A stretch of DNA of 64,000 bases from Chthoniobacteraceae bacterium (GCA_031409335.1 JANNWY010000195.1:32001-96000); one strand, 5' to 3'. Counted from the first letter of the stretch, positions 48,761-59,453 are shown. Notes: generated from the sequence alone by a model not told the origin. Made by a program: numbers and translations.

Positions 48761-48848
48761 CGGGTGTTTCCCCGTGCAAATCGCCCCGGCATTTTCCGTC
48801 GCACAGAATGTTTGTGCGTTTTCAAATCGACCCCTACAAAGACCCGCG

Positions 48849-49529
48849 ATGACGTTCCCACCACACGATTTTCTCGATCTGAATCACACCGAGCATCGCA
48901 TGCTCTTTGAGAATGGCGTGCATGTCTGGGACGCGCTGAAGCAGATCACCAGCTACCTGCAATTTCGCCTGAAACCGGCGATCAATGGGCGCTTGATCGG
49001 CAAGCCGTTTGTCAGCGGCGCGGTTTTTGTCGGGAAAGGCACCGTCATCGAGCAGGGCGCGATGATCAAAGGCCCAGCGTGGATTGGCGAAGGCTGCGAG
49101 ATTCGCAATGGCTGTTACATCCGCGAGAATGTGATCGTCGGCTCCGGCTGCGTGCTGGGAAATTCGTGCGAATTCAAAAACACGATCATCTTTGACGAGG
49201 CAAAAATCCCGCACTTCAGCTATGCGGGGGATTCGATCATCGGCTATCGCGCGCATCTCGGCGCGGGCGTCGTGCTTTCCAATGTGAAACTCGACCACGG
49301 CGAGATCACCATTCGCACGGAAGAGGGCCTCATCCCCACGGGCCTGAAAAAATTCGGCGCGATCATCGGCGATCATGCGGAGATCGGGTGCAACGCGATC
49401 ATCAATCCCGGCTCGATCATCGGGCGCAACAGCATCGTGTATCCGGGCACGGTTTGGCGCGGCGTCGTCGCGGAGAATTCGATCGTGAAGACCACGCAGA
49501 CGCACACGGTCATGGCCCGCCGCGATTGA
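48849..49529 (+). CDS. Left-handed beta-helix (hexapeptide) protein, GlmU/sugar-phosphate acetyltransferase C-terminal-like
   Basis: GAMIKGPAWIGEGCEIR..YIR, GNSCEFKN, PHFSYAGDSIIG, LGAG, KFGAIIGD, GCN..INPG. Confidence 0.8.
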   Translation: MTFPPHDFLDLNHTEHRMLFENGVHVWDALKQITSYLQFRLKPAINGRLIGKPFVSGAVFVGKGTVIEQGAMIKGPAWIGEGCEIRNGCYIRENVIVGSGCVLGNSCEFKNTIIFDEAKIPHFSYAGDSIIGYRAHLGAGVVLSNVKLDHGEITIRTEEGLIPTGLKKFGAIIGDHAEIGCNAIINPGSIIGRNSIVYPGTVWRGVVAENSIVKTTQTHTVMARRD

Positions 49530-49580
49530 TCGGCGAAAGACTTGCGCGGTTGCCCTTTGTCTGAAACCTTTCCCGCCCCT

Positions 49581-50198
49581 ATGGCCAGCCCTACCGAAAC
49601 CAAGCCCGTCGTCGAAGAAGAATTCGACTTTCTGGCGTTCTGGATTCAGCACAAACGCACGGTGCTCTTTCTCTCGCTGCTGCTGGTCATCGGCCTGCTG
49701 ATCTTCGCGATTTTTCAATTCACCCAGCATCGGGCGCGCGAGGCCGCGGCACGCGATTTCGCAAATGCGAAGACGGTTGAGGAATTGCGGAACGTGGTGA
49801 CTGGGCACGGCAGCTCCGCGGTCGCGGGAAACGCACTGCTCCTGATTGCGGAGAAGTTGCGCGGCGAAAACAAGCTGGATGAATCGAGCGCCGCGCTAAA
49901 GCAATTGATCGAAAAACATCCGAATCATCCGCTCATCAGCGGCGCATGGATGAGTCTCGCCGTGAACCTGGAATCGCAGGAGAAAACCGACGAAGCGCTG
50001 GCGAACTACCAGAAAATCGTCGCGACGTATCCCACCAGCTTCTGCGCTCCATCCGCGCTGATGGCGCAGGCGCGGATTTACGCTGCAAAGGGCAAGGTGG
50101 ATGAGGCCAAACGCGCTTACGAATCCGTGATCTCGCAATATGGCGACAGTATTCTGGCGAGGATGGCGATGCAGGAAAACACGCGGCTGAAGAAGTAA
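49581..50198 (+). CDS. Membrane-anchored TPR protein (YfgM-like)
   Basis: N-terminal FW...K + single TM, followed by TPR-like helices (EALANYQKIVATYP, EAKRAYESVISQY). Confidence 0.75.
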   Translation: MASPTETKPVVEEEFDFLAFWIQHKRTVLFLSLLLVIGLLIFAIFQFTQHRAREAAARDFANAKTVEELRNVVTGHGSSAVAGNALLLIAEKLRGENKLDESSAALKQLIEKHPNHPLISGAWMSLAVNLESQEKTDEALANYQKIVATYPTSFCAPSALMAQARIYAAKGKVDEAKRAYESVISQYGDSILARMAMQENTRLKK

Positions 50199-50268
50199 CG
50201 GGCCGATCTCCGAAGCGGCAGTTCACACGGATCACCAGCGTCGCGAGCGCGGATGGCCCGCTCACGAT

Positions 50269-51075
50269 CTACGCTGGCTGCAATCCCTCGTCGCCAAAAA
50301 GTCCGCGCTGCCGCCCCTTCCCGGTCAACTCCGACTGCGCCTGCTCCTGCTGCCCGATGAATAATTCGCCGCTGAACACACCGCCTTTTTCCACGTTGAT
50401 CGCCTTCGCGTAAACGGTCCCCTCGAGGATGCCGCCCTTGTTGATCGTCACCATGCCATCGCAGACGATCCTCGCCGACGTCTTGCCATTGATCTCGATC
50501 GTGTGCCCCTTCAGCGGCCGCACGAATTCCACGTCCGCCTTCTTCTCGATGATGACGTGGTGCCCCTCGATCGTCCCCACGATTTTCCCCCGCAATCTCA
50601 CGCGCACCACGCCAGTGCAGCACAGGGTGCCGCGCACCTGCCCCTCGACCAGCGCCTCGCGACACACCGCGCGCGAACTGCTCAAGTCACCCTTCGACGT
50701 GACGACGACTTCGCCCTGCGTCTGAATGCTGCGCCCAAACGGCCCCGCGATCTTGAAATCGCGCAGGTCGATGTAACTGCCGCACGACGGGCACAGCGAC
50801 GATTGCGCGGCGCTGCTCACCTGCTGCTTGTGGCTGCAGCTCAGGCACGCGATTTCGCGCACCGTTTCGCGCGCCAACATTTTCCCGACTTTGTCGAAAA
50901 AGGACGGCCCCTTGAGACTCGTCGCCTCCTTCAGCAGCAGCTTTTCGATGCTGTAATGCTCGCCGCACTTCCGGCAAAACGTAGTCTTCGCAAACGCGGA
51001 CTCGAGCTGCGTAAAGCCGCAATGCGGACAGTCCGCGCTGATTTTCTCCTGAGGCTTGGGCGTGTTTTTCGCCAC
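50269..51075 (-). CDS. Bactofilin (polymer-forming cytoskeletal protein) with two N-terminal zinc ribbons
   Basis: CPHC/CRKC and CLSC/CPSC pairs, then bactofilin-like strands ending GILEGTVYAKAINVEKGGVFSGEL. Confidence 0.8.
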   Translation of the reverse strand: MAKNTPKPQEKISADCPHCGFTQLESAFAKTTFCRKCGEHYSIEKLLLKEATSLKGPSFFDKVGKMLARETVREIACLSCSHKQQVSSAAQSSLCPSCGSYIDLRDFKIAGPFGRSIQTQGEVVVTSKGDLSSSRAVCREALVEGQVRGTLCCTGVVRVRLRGKIVGTIEGHHVIIEKKADVEFVRPLKGHTIEINGKTSARIVCDGMVTINKGGILEGTVYAKAINVEKGGVFSGELFIGQQEQAQSELTGKGRQRGLFGDEGLQPA

Positions 51076-51084
51076 AAAGCGCGG

Positions 51085-51624
51085 TTATCGGCCGGGGAGC
51101 GGCGCTTTCGGAATCTCCGCCGGGCGCGGCGCTTCCGCCGGACGCGACGCCCCCTTCACCGGCGTGACCTCCGACTTGCCGACAAACGTCGCGCCTTCCT
51201 CGATCACGAGACGCGCTGCCTTCAGATCGCCCTGCAGCACCGCGCGCGACTTGAGTTCGCAGCGTTCCTCCACGGTGATGTTGCCGTGAACCTTGCCATA
51301 AACCGTCGCTGATTTCGTTCTGATCTCGCCGCGAATCTCCGCATTTTCGCCCACCGTCAGGACGCCCGATGAGGTAATTTCACCCTCAACTTTTCCATCC
51401 ACGATCAAGTCGTTTTGGAATTTGATGGAGCCTTTGATTTCGACGTCGGCAGAGAGAATGTTCTTGGAAGTGGAAGTGGAGATGTCGGCCATGACTGGTT
51501 TTTTCGTGATAGGAGATTGCGGAATGAGCGGGATTTCCAATTGCGGAGAGACCGGTTTTTCCTCGATGGAATTGACGTGCTCCGCCGAAACTTGCGGCTT
51601 TTGAGACGGGTCGTGGTGGAGCAC
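51085..51624 (-). CDS. Bactofilin (CcmA/DUF583 family)
   Basis: ILSADVEIKGSIKFQNDLIVDGKVEGEI...LQGDLKAARLVIEEGATFVG. Start is GTG 51624 or ATG 51492. Confidence 0.92.
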   Translation of the reverse strand: MLHHDPSQKPQVSAEHVNSIEEKPVSPQLEIPLIPQSPITKKPVMADISTSTSKNILSADVEIKGSIKFQNDLIVDGKVEGEITSSGVLTVGENAEIRGEIRTKSATVYGKVHGNITVEERCELKSRAVLQGDLKAARLVIEEGATFVGKSEVTPVKGASRPAEAPRPAEIPKAPLPGR

Positions 51625-51630
51625 GGGCCA

Positions 51631-51659
51631 GTTATCGGGGCGTGGAAACGGAGTGTCAA
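51631..51659 (-). promoter_or_regulatory. Putative sigma70 promoter of the bactofilin pair
   Basis: TTGACA-N17-GATAAC on the minus strand, ending 6 nt before GTG 51624. Confidence 0.45.
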
Positions 51660-51783
51660 CGATCGCGTGCGAAAGCGCTCAAGATTCCGCGAATCTCCCC
51701 GCAAAACCCTGCGACGCGACGCGCATGGTGTGTTCGCCAGTGTGGCTGCTAAACTGCCCGTCGTTGAAGGCCGGGGCGCTCGG

Positions 51784-51888
51784 CGCGTGAATGCCGGCTA
51801 CGGCGAAATGATGCAGCGCCCCTCGCGTTACCTCGGCGAAATCCCCAAGGCATTGATCGAGGAATGGCAGATTCGCGGCGCGGATTGA
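51784..51888 (+). pseudogene. Orphan 3' end of a UvrD/PcrA-like helicase gene
   Basis: RVNAGYGEMMQRPSRYLGEIPKALIEEW* matches the PSR(F/Y)L.EIP motif that follows helicase motif VI. The upstream sequence is unrelated. Confidence 0.6.
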
Positions 51889-51900
51889 ACCGCGCCGGAT

Positions 51901-54240
51901 TCACACGACCGCGGCCAGCGTGCGGTCGAGATTTTCGCGGACGATGCGGATTAGATCCTCGGGCGGATACGGCTTCTGGAGAAAATTCGCGCCCGGAATG
52001 AGCACGATTTTCCGTCCCATAAATCCGACGCTGTAGCCGCTCGTGTAAACGATCGTCAGTTGCGGATTGTCTTCGCGCAAAGCCATCCCCAAATCGCTCC
52101 CGGACACACCGCCGGGCATGATCATGTCGGTCAGGAGCATGTCGATGTGGTCGCGCTTTTCGCGCCACACGACGAGCGCCTCCGCGCCCGATGCGCTCGT
52201 CAGCACTTCGTATCCCGCCTGCTGCAAAATGCGCGAAACAAATTCCCGCACCGACGCTTCATCATCGACGACGAGGATCGTCTCCGTGCCGCCGCGCGCG
52301 GGCGCAGCAACCGGATCGACGTCGGCCAAATCGTTCGCATTCGTCAGCGCGGGAAAATGGATGCGAAACATCGTGCCGCGACCCGGCTCACTCTCCACCG
52401 CGATCCAGCCGTGATGCTGCTGCACGATCCCATACACCGTCGCGAGACCGAGCCCGGTGCCGCGGCCGACTTCTTTTGTCGTGAAAAATGGATCGTAGAT
52501 TCGCGGCAAATGTTCCTGCGAGATTCCGGATCCACTGTCCGCGAAACCAAGGCAGACAAATGGACCCGCGACGACATTGGAATGCCGCGCGGCCTCTTCT
52601 TCATTCACGAGCCGCACGCTCGTGGAAACGATGATGCGCCCGCCGTTCGGCATCGCGTCGCGCGAGTTGACGGCGAGATTCACCAGCGCCTGCTCGATCA
52701 TTCCCGCATCCGCGTGGATCTCCGGCAGCTTGTGGCTCAAGTCCGCCACGACATCCACATCGCGGCCCACCACACGCCCGATCATTTTCGACACGTCGAG
52801 GACGACGTCGTTGAGATCGAGATTCACGGGTTGAAAAATCTGCCGCTGGCTGAACGTGAGCAACTGCCGCGTGAGCGCGGCGGCGCGGTCGGCGCTGCTC
52901 GCGACTTGATCCAAATCCGCGATCGCATCCGCGGGCACATCCGAGCGTGTCCGCACGATGTCCGTGAAGCCGGTGATGGCGCAGAGCATGTTGTTAAAAT
53001 CATGCGCGATGCCGCCCGCGAGCTGGCCGAACGCTTCCAGCTTTTGCGCCTGGCGCACCTGCTCATCGAGGATGCGGCGCTCCGTGATGTCCTCGCAGAG
53101 CGAAGTGACGCCGATCACCCGTCCGCCATCCACGAGCGCGGCATTGAACCAGTGGCAGACGATGCGGCGGCCATCTTTGGAAAATGGTCCGTCGAGACAC
53201 GGCTCGACGATTTTCTGTTTCCGCGCCCCATCGCGCAGCGCCGCGATCTGCACGCGCACGGATTCGGGAGCGATCATTTCCAGCATCGGCGCGCCCACCG
53301 CCTCGCCGCGTCCGTAGCCGAACAGCCGTTCCGCCGCCGCGTTCCAATCGACCACGCGCAAATCCAAATCCCACTCGATCACCGCGAGCGGGGTTTGCTC
53401 CGAACGCAGCGCCAGCCTGCCCTGCGAGCGCCGCAGGTCCGCCTCGGTCCGCCGGTATTTTTCGACCTCGCTGCGCAGCGCGCCATTCATGAAAACCGAA
53501 CTCCCGAGCAGCAAGAGCAACACTGCCAGTTGCGCGATGCGCATCCCGCGCGCCGCGGCGATCCCGTGGCTCCACTCTTTCGCGGAGTAATCGACGCCCA
53601 GCACGGCCTCGACTGCACCGTCCTCATCGTAAAGCGGCGTCCACGTGCTGACCCACGTGCCCCAGCGATCCGTCACCGGATCCGCGCCGAAATTTGCCTG
53701 CCCCAGAAACGCCCGCTCCAATCCGGGGACATTCTTGTCATAAACCTCACCGATCTTCGTCCGCGCCTCGATCCCACCGTTGAAATTTCCATTCCGGTCG
53801 TAGTCCGTTTCGGAGTCAACGATGAACACGTTGCTTCCGTCCGGCTGCTTTCGCATGGTGTAAATATCCTGCGCGGCGGGATTCACGCGAAGCCACGTCT
53901 TCAGCGTTTCGATCATCCCGAGATACGTCGGATCGTCCGGCAGCGTGTCCACGGTGATCTTCGCATGGCCCATCGTCTGAAGCATCCTCGCATACGTCGG
54001 CGCCATGCCGCCCACCATTTCCTGGATGCGATGGCGCTCTTCGCGTCCCGCTTCCTCCACCAGCCACCAGCCCACGCCCAGAATCGCAGCAACCAGCATC
54101 CAGACCACCGAGCGCATCCGCACCTGCCTCCGATGCATGAGCCAATGCACCAGCGCGAACGCGGCAACCGCGACAATCGCAAGCGTCAGGAAATCGAGAT
54201 GTTTCGTCAGAGGGTTCAGAAAAAGGGTCCCGTTCAGCAT
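51901..54240 (-). CDS. Hybrid sensor histidine kinase (extracytoplasmic sensor-PAS-HisKA-HATPase-REC)
   Basis: TM segments, PAS ([11 protein letters not shown]), H-box [37 protein letters not shown], receiver ILVVDDE...LLTDMIMP...FLQKPY. Confidence 0.95.
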   Translation of the reverse strand: MLNGTLFLNPLTKHLDFLTLAIVAVAAFALVHWLMHRRQVRMRSVVWMLVAAILGVGWWLVEEAGREERHRIQEMVGGMAPTYARMLQTMGHAKITVDTLPDDPTYLGMIETLKTWLRVNPAAQDIYTMRKQPDGSNVFIVDSETDYDRNGNFNGGIEARTKIGEVYDKNVPGLERAFLGQANFGADPVTDRWGTWVSTWTPLYDEDGAVEAVLGVDYSAKEWSHGIAAARGMRIAQLAVLLLLLGSSVFMNGALRSEVEKYRRTEADLRRSQGRLALRSEQTPLAVIEWDLDLRVVDWNAAAERLFGYGRGEAVGAPMLEMIAPESVRVQIAALRDGARKQKIVEPCLDGPFSKDGRRIVCHWFNAALVDGGRVIGVTSLCEDITERRILDEQVRQAQKLEAFGQLAGGIAHDFNNMLCAITGFTDIVRTRSDVPADAIADLDQVASSADRAAALTRQLLTFSQRQIFQPVNLDLNDVVLDVSKMIGRVVGRDVDVVADLSHKLPEIHADAGMIEQALVNLAVNSRDAMPNGGRIIVSTSVRLVNEEEAARHSNVVAGPFVCLGFADSGSGISQEHLPRIYDPFFTTKEVGRGTGLGLATVYGIVQQHHGWIAVESEPGRGTMFRIHFPALTNANDLADVDPVAAPARGGTETILVVDDEASVREFVSRILQQAGYEVLTSASGAEALVVWREKRDHIDMLLTDMIMPGGVSGSDLGMALREDNPQLTIVYTSGYSVGFMGRKIVLIPGANFLQKPYPPEDLIRIVRENLDRTLAAVV

Positions 54241-54354
54241 TGAGAGAAGCGGGTTCCGTGCGCGGCAACGGGGAAGTTTTGGAGAGCGCGCGGACGCGGG
54301 TGTGATTCAAAGTGGTGCAAACACGGAAGGTGGGCAGCGGCCCAGCGCGTCTCC

Positions 54355-57093
54355 TCACGGCATACGCCAGATCAGCCGCACCGAGTCCAGCCGCAGCCGC
54401 GCGGAGGTCAGCGCGGCCTGCAAATCGGTCTTCTGCTGCCGGACCGCCGCAATTTCCCCAGGACGCACGTGGTCATTGATCGCCCGCAAATCCTCCAGTC
54501 GGTCGATCTCATCCTGAAGCTGCTCCGCCATCGTCGCGCTCGCTGCCGCCACCACGTTTTTCATCCGTACTTCGGCGAGCGCCTGCGCCTTTTCCAGCAT
54601 CGCCGGGATCAGCTTTTTCTTCACCACCGGACGATCGAGCAGCTTGAAAATATCGCCTTTCTCCAGCACCGCGTTCGCGACAATTTCATCTTCCGTGTGA
54701 TCGGCGGTGGCGTGATCCACCACGACGCGGATCGGCGTCGCCGGGAGGAAACGATCGGCGTGCAGAGCTGCGGGAGCGATGCATTCGGCGACGGCGCAAA
54801 TCTCCAGCAGGATTCCCTCGGAGCCGGAATCCTTCCACACGCCGAACGCCGAATTGCCCGACTCCAGCCCGAGCAAAAGATCGAGCGCGCCGCGCACCAG
54901 CGGATGATCCTGCCCCATGAATCCGAGATCCTCGCGGCTCAGCGCGCGCGCGCGGTCGAACGTCACGGTCATCCCATCCGGCGGCAGCGCGGGAAACGCA
55001 TCGGTGAGCAAATGGCCCGGCAGCAGCAGATGGCTGCGGTTCCCGAGTTCCTCCACGTGGACTCCGAAATGATCGAGCATCCGAATGAAGAATGCCTCAA
55101 ATCCATCGTCCGAATCCTGCGCGCGAATCTGCGCGATAATCTCCGCCGCGCGTCCCGGCTTGCACGAGTTCAGTTCCAGTAGGCGGTCGTGTCCGCGCTC
55201 CAGTTTCTTCGCGACTTGCGCGTGGCGTTCGCGGGTTTTTTTGATGAAAGCAGTGAGCGCCTTCGCGTCGAAATTCTCCCGCAACGCCGTGAGATCGTCT
55301 CCCAGTTCGCGCGCGATTTCCGCCGCGCCGTGCGGATTTTTTTCAAACGCGCCGAGCCCCTCGTGATACCACCGCGCCAGCACTTCCGATTCGCCGCCGC
55401 GCAGATACGGCGCGTAGATTTCGATCGTCGCGGTCTGCCCGATTCGGTCGAGGCGTCCGATGCGTTGTTCGAGCAATTCCGGGTTCGTCGGCAGATCGAA
55501 AAGCACGAGCCGGTGCGCGAACTGAAAGTTGCGCCCTTCGCTCCCAATCTCTGAACAGATCAGCACGCGCGCGCCCTCGGGCTCCGAGAAAAACGCCGCA
55601 TTGCGATCGCGCTGGAGCAGCGTCAGGCCCTCGTGAAAGAGGCCGACTTTCATGTTCACCTCGTGCTGAAGGCGCGCGGAGATTTCTTCGGCGAGTTCGC
55701 GCGCGCGGCAGATGAGCAGCACTTTTTCATCGCCGGAATCCTTCAGGAAACCGACCAGCCATTTCACCTTCGCCGTCATTTCATCCGCGCCCGCGTCGAG
55801 CGGCACGAGCTTCGCGCGGCGCTCGGGAAAGCCGGACAGCGCAGCGCGCGTGTTGCGAAACATCACGCGGCCCGTGCCGAATTCATCGAGCAACTCCGCG
55901 ACGAGATGCGCGCGCGCGCTTTCATCGCCGCCCGCCAGCGCCTCCGCGTGCTTCCGCACACGCGCCGATTTTTCGCCGAACAGCTTGCGATCCGCGGTGG
56001 TCAGCGGCTTCCCGCCGATCACGCGGTCGATCGCTTTCGCGACTTGCTCGTAGTGTTCGGCCTCTTCGAGAAAAAGTGCGAGATCCGTGTAGCGATCGGG
56101 ATCGAGCAGGCGCAGCCGGGCGAAGTGGCCTTCCGGGCCGAGCTGCTGCGGCGTCGCGGTGAGCAGCAGCAGGCTCGTCGTTTTCTGCGCGAGGGCTTCG
56201 ACCAACAGATACTGCGGGCTCGCGGCTTCGTGCGTCCACTCGAGGTGATGCGCCTCATCGACGACCAGCAAATCCCAGCCCGCGGCGATCGCCTGCGCCG
56301 TGCGAGGCTCGCTTTCCGAAAGAAATGCGACGCTGCAAATCACGAGCTGGCTGTCGAGGAACGGGTTCTCGTCGGGATCGTTCGCCTGGATCGAGCGGCA
56401 GCGCTCCTCGTCGAAAATGCTGAACAGCAAATTGAAGCGCCGCAGCAACTCGACGAACCACTGGTGGATGAGCGGCTCCGGCACCAGCACGAGCACGCGA
56501 TCCGCGCGACCGGTGAGGTGCAGCCGATGCAGAATCAGCCCCGCCTCGATCGTCTTCCCGAGCCCCACTTCATCCGCGAGCAGCACGCGCGGAGCAAGGC
56601 GGGAAGCCACTTCCGCGGCGATGAACATCTGGTGCGGGATCAAATCCACGCGCCCGCCCGCAAATCCGCGCACAGCCGATTTCCGCATCCGGCAGCGGCG
56701 CGAGAGCGCATCCGCGCGCAGATCGAACGTCCGCAAATCATCCACCTGCCCCGCCATCAGCCGCGCTTCCGGCGTGCTGAAACTGATCGTGTCGGAAAGC
56801 TCCGCCTCCTTCACCTCGCGCCCGCCCGCCGAATAAACGAGCAGCCCATCGCGCTCCTCCGCCGAATCCACGACCAGGTTCGTTCCGTCGTGCAGCTTGA
56901 TGCGGTCGCCCGCGGTGAATTCCACGCGGCGCAGCGGCGCGGTTTTCAGCGCGTACTGGCGGTGCCCATTTGCCGCCGGAAAGAAAAGCTCCACGCGCCC
57001 AAACTCCGCGCGCAGCACGATCCCGAGCCCGAGTTCCGGCTCGCTGTCACTGACCCATCGTTGCCCTGCGCGTGGTGCATTCATGCCATTCAT
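54355..57093 (-). CDS. rapA: RNA polymerase-associated SWI2/SNF2 ATPase RapA
   Basis: GQRWVSDSEPELGLG, LIPHQ, LLADEVGLGKTIE, DEAHH, LLTATPQQLG, SEIGSEGRNFQ, EQRIGRLDRIGQ, C-terminal LDSVRLI. Confidence 0.95.
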   Translation of the reverse strand: MNGMNAPRAGQRWVSDSEPELGLGIVLRAEFGRVELFFPAANGHRQYALKTAPLRRVEFTAGDRIKLHDGTNLVVDSAEERDGLLVYSAGGREVKEAELSDTISFSTPEARLMAGQVDDLRTFDLRADALSRRCRMRKSAVRGFAGGRVDLIPHQMFIAAEVASRLAPRVLLADEVGLGKTIEAGLILHRLHLTGRADRVLVLVPEPLIHQWFVELLRRFNLLFSIFDEERCRSIQANDPDENPFLDSQLVICSVAFLSESEPRTAQAIAAGWDLLVVDEAHHLEWTHEAASPQYLLVEALAQKTTSLLLLTATPQQLGPEGHFARLRLLDPDRYTDLALFLEEAEHYEQVAKAIDRVIGGKPLTTADRKLFGEKSARVRKHAEALAGGDESARAHLVAELLDEFGTGRVMFRNTRAALSGFPERRAKLVPLDAGADEMTAKVKWLVGFLKDSGDEKVLLICRARELAEEISARLQHEVNMKVGLFHEGLTLLQRDRNAAFFSEPEGARVLICSEIGSEGRNFQFAHRLVLFDLPTNPELLEQRIGRLDRIGQTATIEIYAPYLRGGESEVLARWYHEGLGAFEKNPHGAAEIARELGDDLTALRENFDAKALTAFIKKTRERHAQVAKKLERGHDRLLELNSCKPGRAAEIIAQIRAQDSDDGFEAFFIRMLDHFGVHVEELGNRSHLLLPGHLLTDAFPALPPDGMTVTFDRARALSREDLGFMGQDHPLVRGALDLLLGLESGNSAFGVWKDSGSEGILLEICAVAECIAPAALHADRFLPATPIRVVVDHATADHTEDEIVANAVLEKGDIFKLLDRPVVKKKLIPAMLEKAQALAEVRMKNVVAAASATMAEQLQDEIDRLEDLRAINDHVRPGEIAAVRQQKTDLQAALTSARLRLDSVRLIWRMP

Positions 57094-57139
57094 TTAGCGG
57101 CACCGCGCGGCGATTGCCAATTCGGGAATCGCGCGACCG

Positions 57140-57793
57140 CTACGACCGCAACGCGACCGCGACCGCGCGAATGCAGCGCTTTTCCAAAATGAGCGACGGA
57201 TGCAGCGACGCCCACACCCGGACATTTCGCGCCTGCGGCATCGTCGAGCTGCTCGCGGGCACCACCACGAGATCGAGTGGCGTGTGAAAAGTCGTGAACT
57301 TCACCCGCGACAGTTTCGCGTTGTCGGTCGCCAGCTCGCGCAGGAACGCGCTGTCGCGCCACATCTCCGCCGCACCCGCGCCGGGATGCAGCCGCGCGAA
57401 AACGGTGCCGTGATGCGGTGCGGCGATGGTGATGAGATGCGCGACGTGTTTCTCTCCGCCAAGACGCTGCACGTAGTACCGGCTCACGAGTCCGCCCATG
57501 CTGAAGCCGACGAGATCAAACTTCCGCCCGCGCCCGACATGCTTCGTCGTGAAATCCGCGAGCTGTTTCCCCAACTCCTCGATCGTCGCCTGGCCGCCAT
57601 TCGGCGAAAGATCGGGAGTGAAAACTTCGCGGCCCTCAGCCCGAAAATGCCGCGCCATCCGCGTCATATCGCGCGAGCTGGAGTGAATGCCGTGGACGAG
57701 CACGACGGGGTTGTATTCAGGATTTGCGGGAACGGGCGCAGCATCGAAAAAAGCGAGCGCGGAACTGAGCAGGGCGACGATTTGCACGCGCAC
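57140..57793 (-). CDS. Secreted alpha/beta hydrolase (lipase class 2-like)
   Basis: PVVLVHGI, nucleophile elbow GFSMGG, PHHGT, D.VVVP, C-terminal His. Confidence 0.88.
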   Translation of the reverse strand: MRVQIVALLSSALAFFDAAPVPANPEYNPVVLVHGIHSSSRDMTRMARHFRAEGREVFTPDLSPNGGQATIEELGKQLADFTTKHVGRGRKFDLVGFSMGGLVSRYYVQRLGGEKHVAHLITIAAPHHGTVFARLHPGAGAAEMWRDSAFLRELATDNAKLSRVKFTTFHTPLDLVVVPASSSTMPQARNVRVWASLHPSLILEKRCIRAVAVALRS

Positions 57794-57825
57794 AAGCTAG
57801 CCGGGAAAATCGCGCGGGCAATGCC

Positions 57826-57932
57826 GCCGAAGGCTCTGGACTGCGGTGATTCCTTCACCGCTTTCCAACGAGGGCCGCGCTCCCGCCATTCGGAAAGCGG
57901 CGGAGGAACCGCAGCAGTCCAGAGCCTTCGGC
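57826..57932. repeat. REPIN-like palindrome (same family as 37516-37730)
   Basis: GCCGAAGGCTCTGGACTGCGGTGATTCCTTCACCGCTTTCC ... GGAAAGCGGCGGAGGAACCGCAGCAGTCCAGAGCCTTCGGC. Confidence 0.85.
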
Positions 57933-57933
57933 G

Positions 57934-58395
57934 TCACGGCTCGGGACGGGTTCTGCGAAAGTGGCGAACCTCGAAATCCGCCGTGCGCAGCGGCACATCG
58001 ACCTGCTCGAACGCCTGCTCTAGCGGCGGGAAAAACGCGTCCCCATCCACCTCGCGCTGCACGACACTGAGATACAAGTCGGTGCAACGCAGTAGCAATT
58101 GCGCGTAAATTTCCGCGCCGCCAATGATGAACAATTCACCGGGCCATCGCGCGGGATCGAACGCGGCCAGATCGCGAACGATTTCGACTCCCGGAATGTC
58201 CGGCCCGCGCGTCACCACCACATTGGTGCGTCCCGGTAGCGGCTTGCCGAGCGACTCAAAAGTTTTCCGACCCATCAGCACCGTGTGGCCGAGCGTGGTA
58301 CGTTTGAACCATTTGAAATCCTCCGGCAGATGCCACGGGATCTGCCCATCGCGCCCAATCACGCGGTTCAGGGACATGGCGGCGATGGCCTTCAT
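57934..58395 (-). CDS. folA: Dihydrofolate reductase
   Basis: IAAMSLNRVIG..GQIPWHLPEDFKWFK, MGRKTFES, LPGRTN, IIGGAEIY, GDAFFP. Confidence 0.97.
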   Translation of the reverse strand: MKAIAAMSLNRVIGRDGQIPWHLPEDFKWFKRTTLGHTVLMGRKTFESLGKPLPGRTNVVVTRGPDIPGVEIVRDLAAFDPARWPGELFIIGGAEIYAQLLLRCTDLYLSVVQREVDGDAFFPPLEQAFEQVDVPLRTADFEVRHFRRTRPEP

Positions 58396-58431
58396 CGCGC
58401 GATGGCTATGACGCTCGCGCCGCGTGTTCCG

Positions 58432-58589
58432 GGTAGCACGCTCGTCCCGCGCGTTGGTTTTGGCGTCCCGCCAAAACGAACTTCCCTGCCAGGTCGCTTC
58501 AAAGTGCGTGAACGAAATCGGGGACGAGACGTTTTGAAAGTTCGCGAAGGCGGGACGCCTTCGCCAACGCTCGGGACGAGCGTGCTACC
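58432..58589. repeat. REPIN-like inverted repeat between thyA and folA
   Basis: GGTAGCACGCTCGTCCCGCGCGTTGG..GGCGTCCCGCC..CGAACTT paired with AAGTTCG..GGCGGGACGCC..CCAACGCTCGGGACGAGCGTGCTACC. Confidence 0.85.
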
Positions 58590-58609
58590 GGGATTCCGCA
58601 GTCGCGCAC

Positions 58610-59404
58610 TCATACCGCAATCGGTGCCTTGATCGCCGGATGCGGGTCGTAGCCTTCCAGCGTGAAATCCTCGTAGCAGAACGCATGGATGTCGCGGATC
58701 GCCGGGTTCAGCCTCATCACCGGCAAAGCGCGCGGTTCGCGCGTGAGTTGCAGCCGCGCCTGCTCAAGGTGATTCGCGTAAAGATGCAGGTCGCCAAACG
58801 TGTGGACGAACGTGTCCGCGCGCAGCCCGCAGACCTGCGCGACCATGTGCGTGAGCAGCGCATAGCTCGCGATATTGAAAGGGACGCCGAGGAAAAGATC
58901 CGCGCTGCGCTGGTAAAGCTGGCAGCTCAACGCGCCCTCGTGGACGTAAAATTGAAACAGCGCGTGACACGGCGGCAGCGCCATTCCTTCCACCTCGCCC
59001 GGATTCCACGCCGTCACGATGTGCCGCCGCGAATCCGGGTTCTTTTTGATCTGCGAAATGACCGCGTCGATCTGATGGATGGAACGCCCGTCGGCCGTCC
59101 GCCAGTCGCACCACTGCGCGCCGTAAACGCGCCCGAGATTTCCCTCCGCATCCGCCCACTCATCCCAGATCGTCACGCCATTTTCGCGCAGATAATTCAC
59201 ATTCGTCTCCCCGCGCAGGAACCACAGCAGCTCGTGAATGATCGAGCGCAGATGCAGCTTCTTCGTCGTCAGCACGGGAAAACCGCGCGTCAGATCGAAC
59301 CGCGCCTGCGCACCGAAAACCGAGTACGTGCCCGTCCCGGTGCGATCGGGTTTGAATTTCCCGTGATCGAGGACGAGGCGGAGCAGGTCGTGGTATTCGC
59401 GCAT
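58610..59404 (-). CDS. thyA: Thymidylate synthase
   Basis: [53 protein letters not shown]-terminal IAV. Confidence 0.98.
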   Translation of the reverse strand: MREYHDLLRLVLDHGKFKPDRTGTGTYSVFGAQARFDLTRGFPVLTTKKLHLRSIIHELLWFLRGETNVNYLRENGVTIWDEWADAEGNLGRVYGAQWCDWRTADGRSIHQIDAVISQIKKNPDSRRHIVTAWNPGEVEGMALPPCHALFQFYVHEGALSCQLYQRSADLFLGVPFNIASYALLTHMVAQVCGLRADTFVHTFGDLHLYANHLEQARLQLTREPRALPVMRLNPAIRDIHAFCYEDFTLEGYDPHPAIKAPIAV

Positions 59405-59422
59405 TCGGCGGAGACTGGCGGA

Positions 59423-59453
59423 AAATCTGAAATCTGAAATCTGAAATCTGAAA
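59423..59453. repeat. Heptamer tandem repeat (AAATCTG)x4
   Basis: aaatctgaaatctgaaatctgaaatctgaaa in the thyA/folE2 divergent gap. Confidence 0.8.

Noticed and set aside
52060..57192. Plus-strand ORFs of 727 aa and 519 aa
   Set aside because: Antisense to the histidine kinase and rapA.
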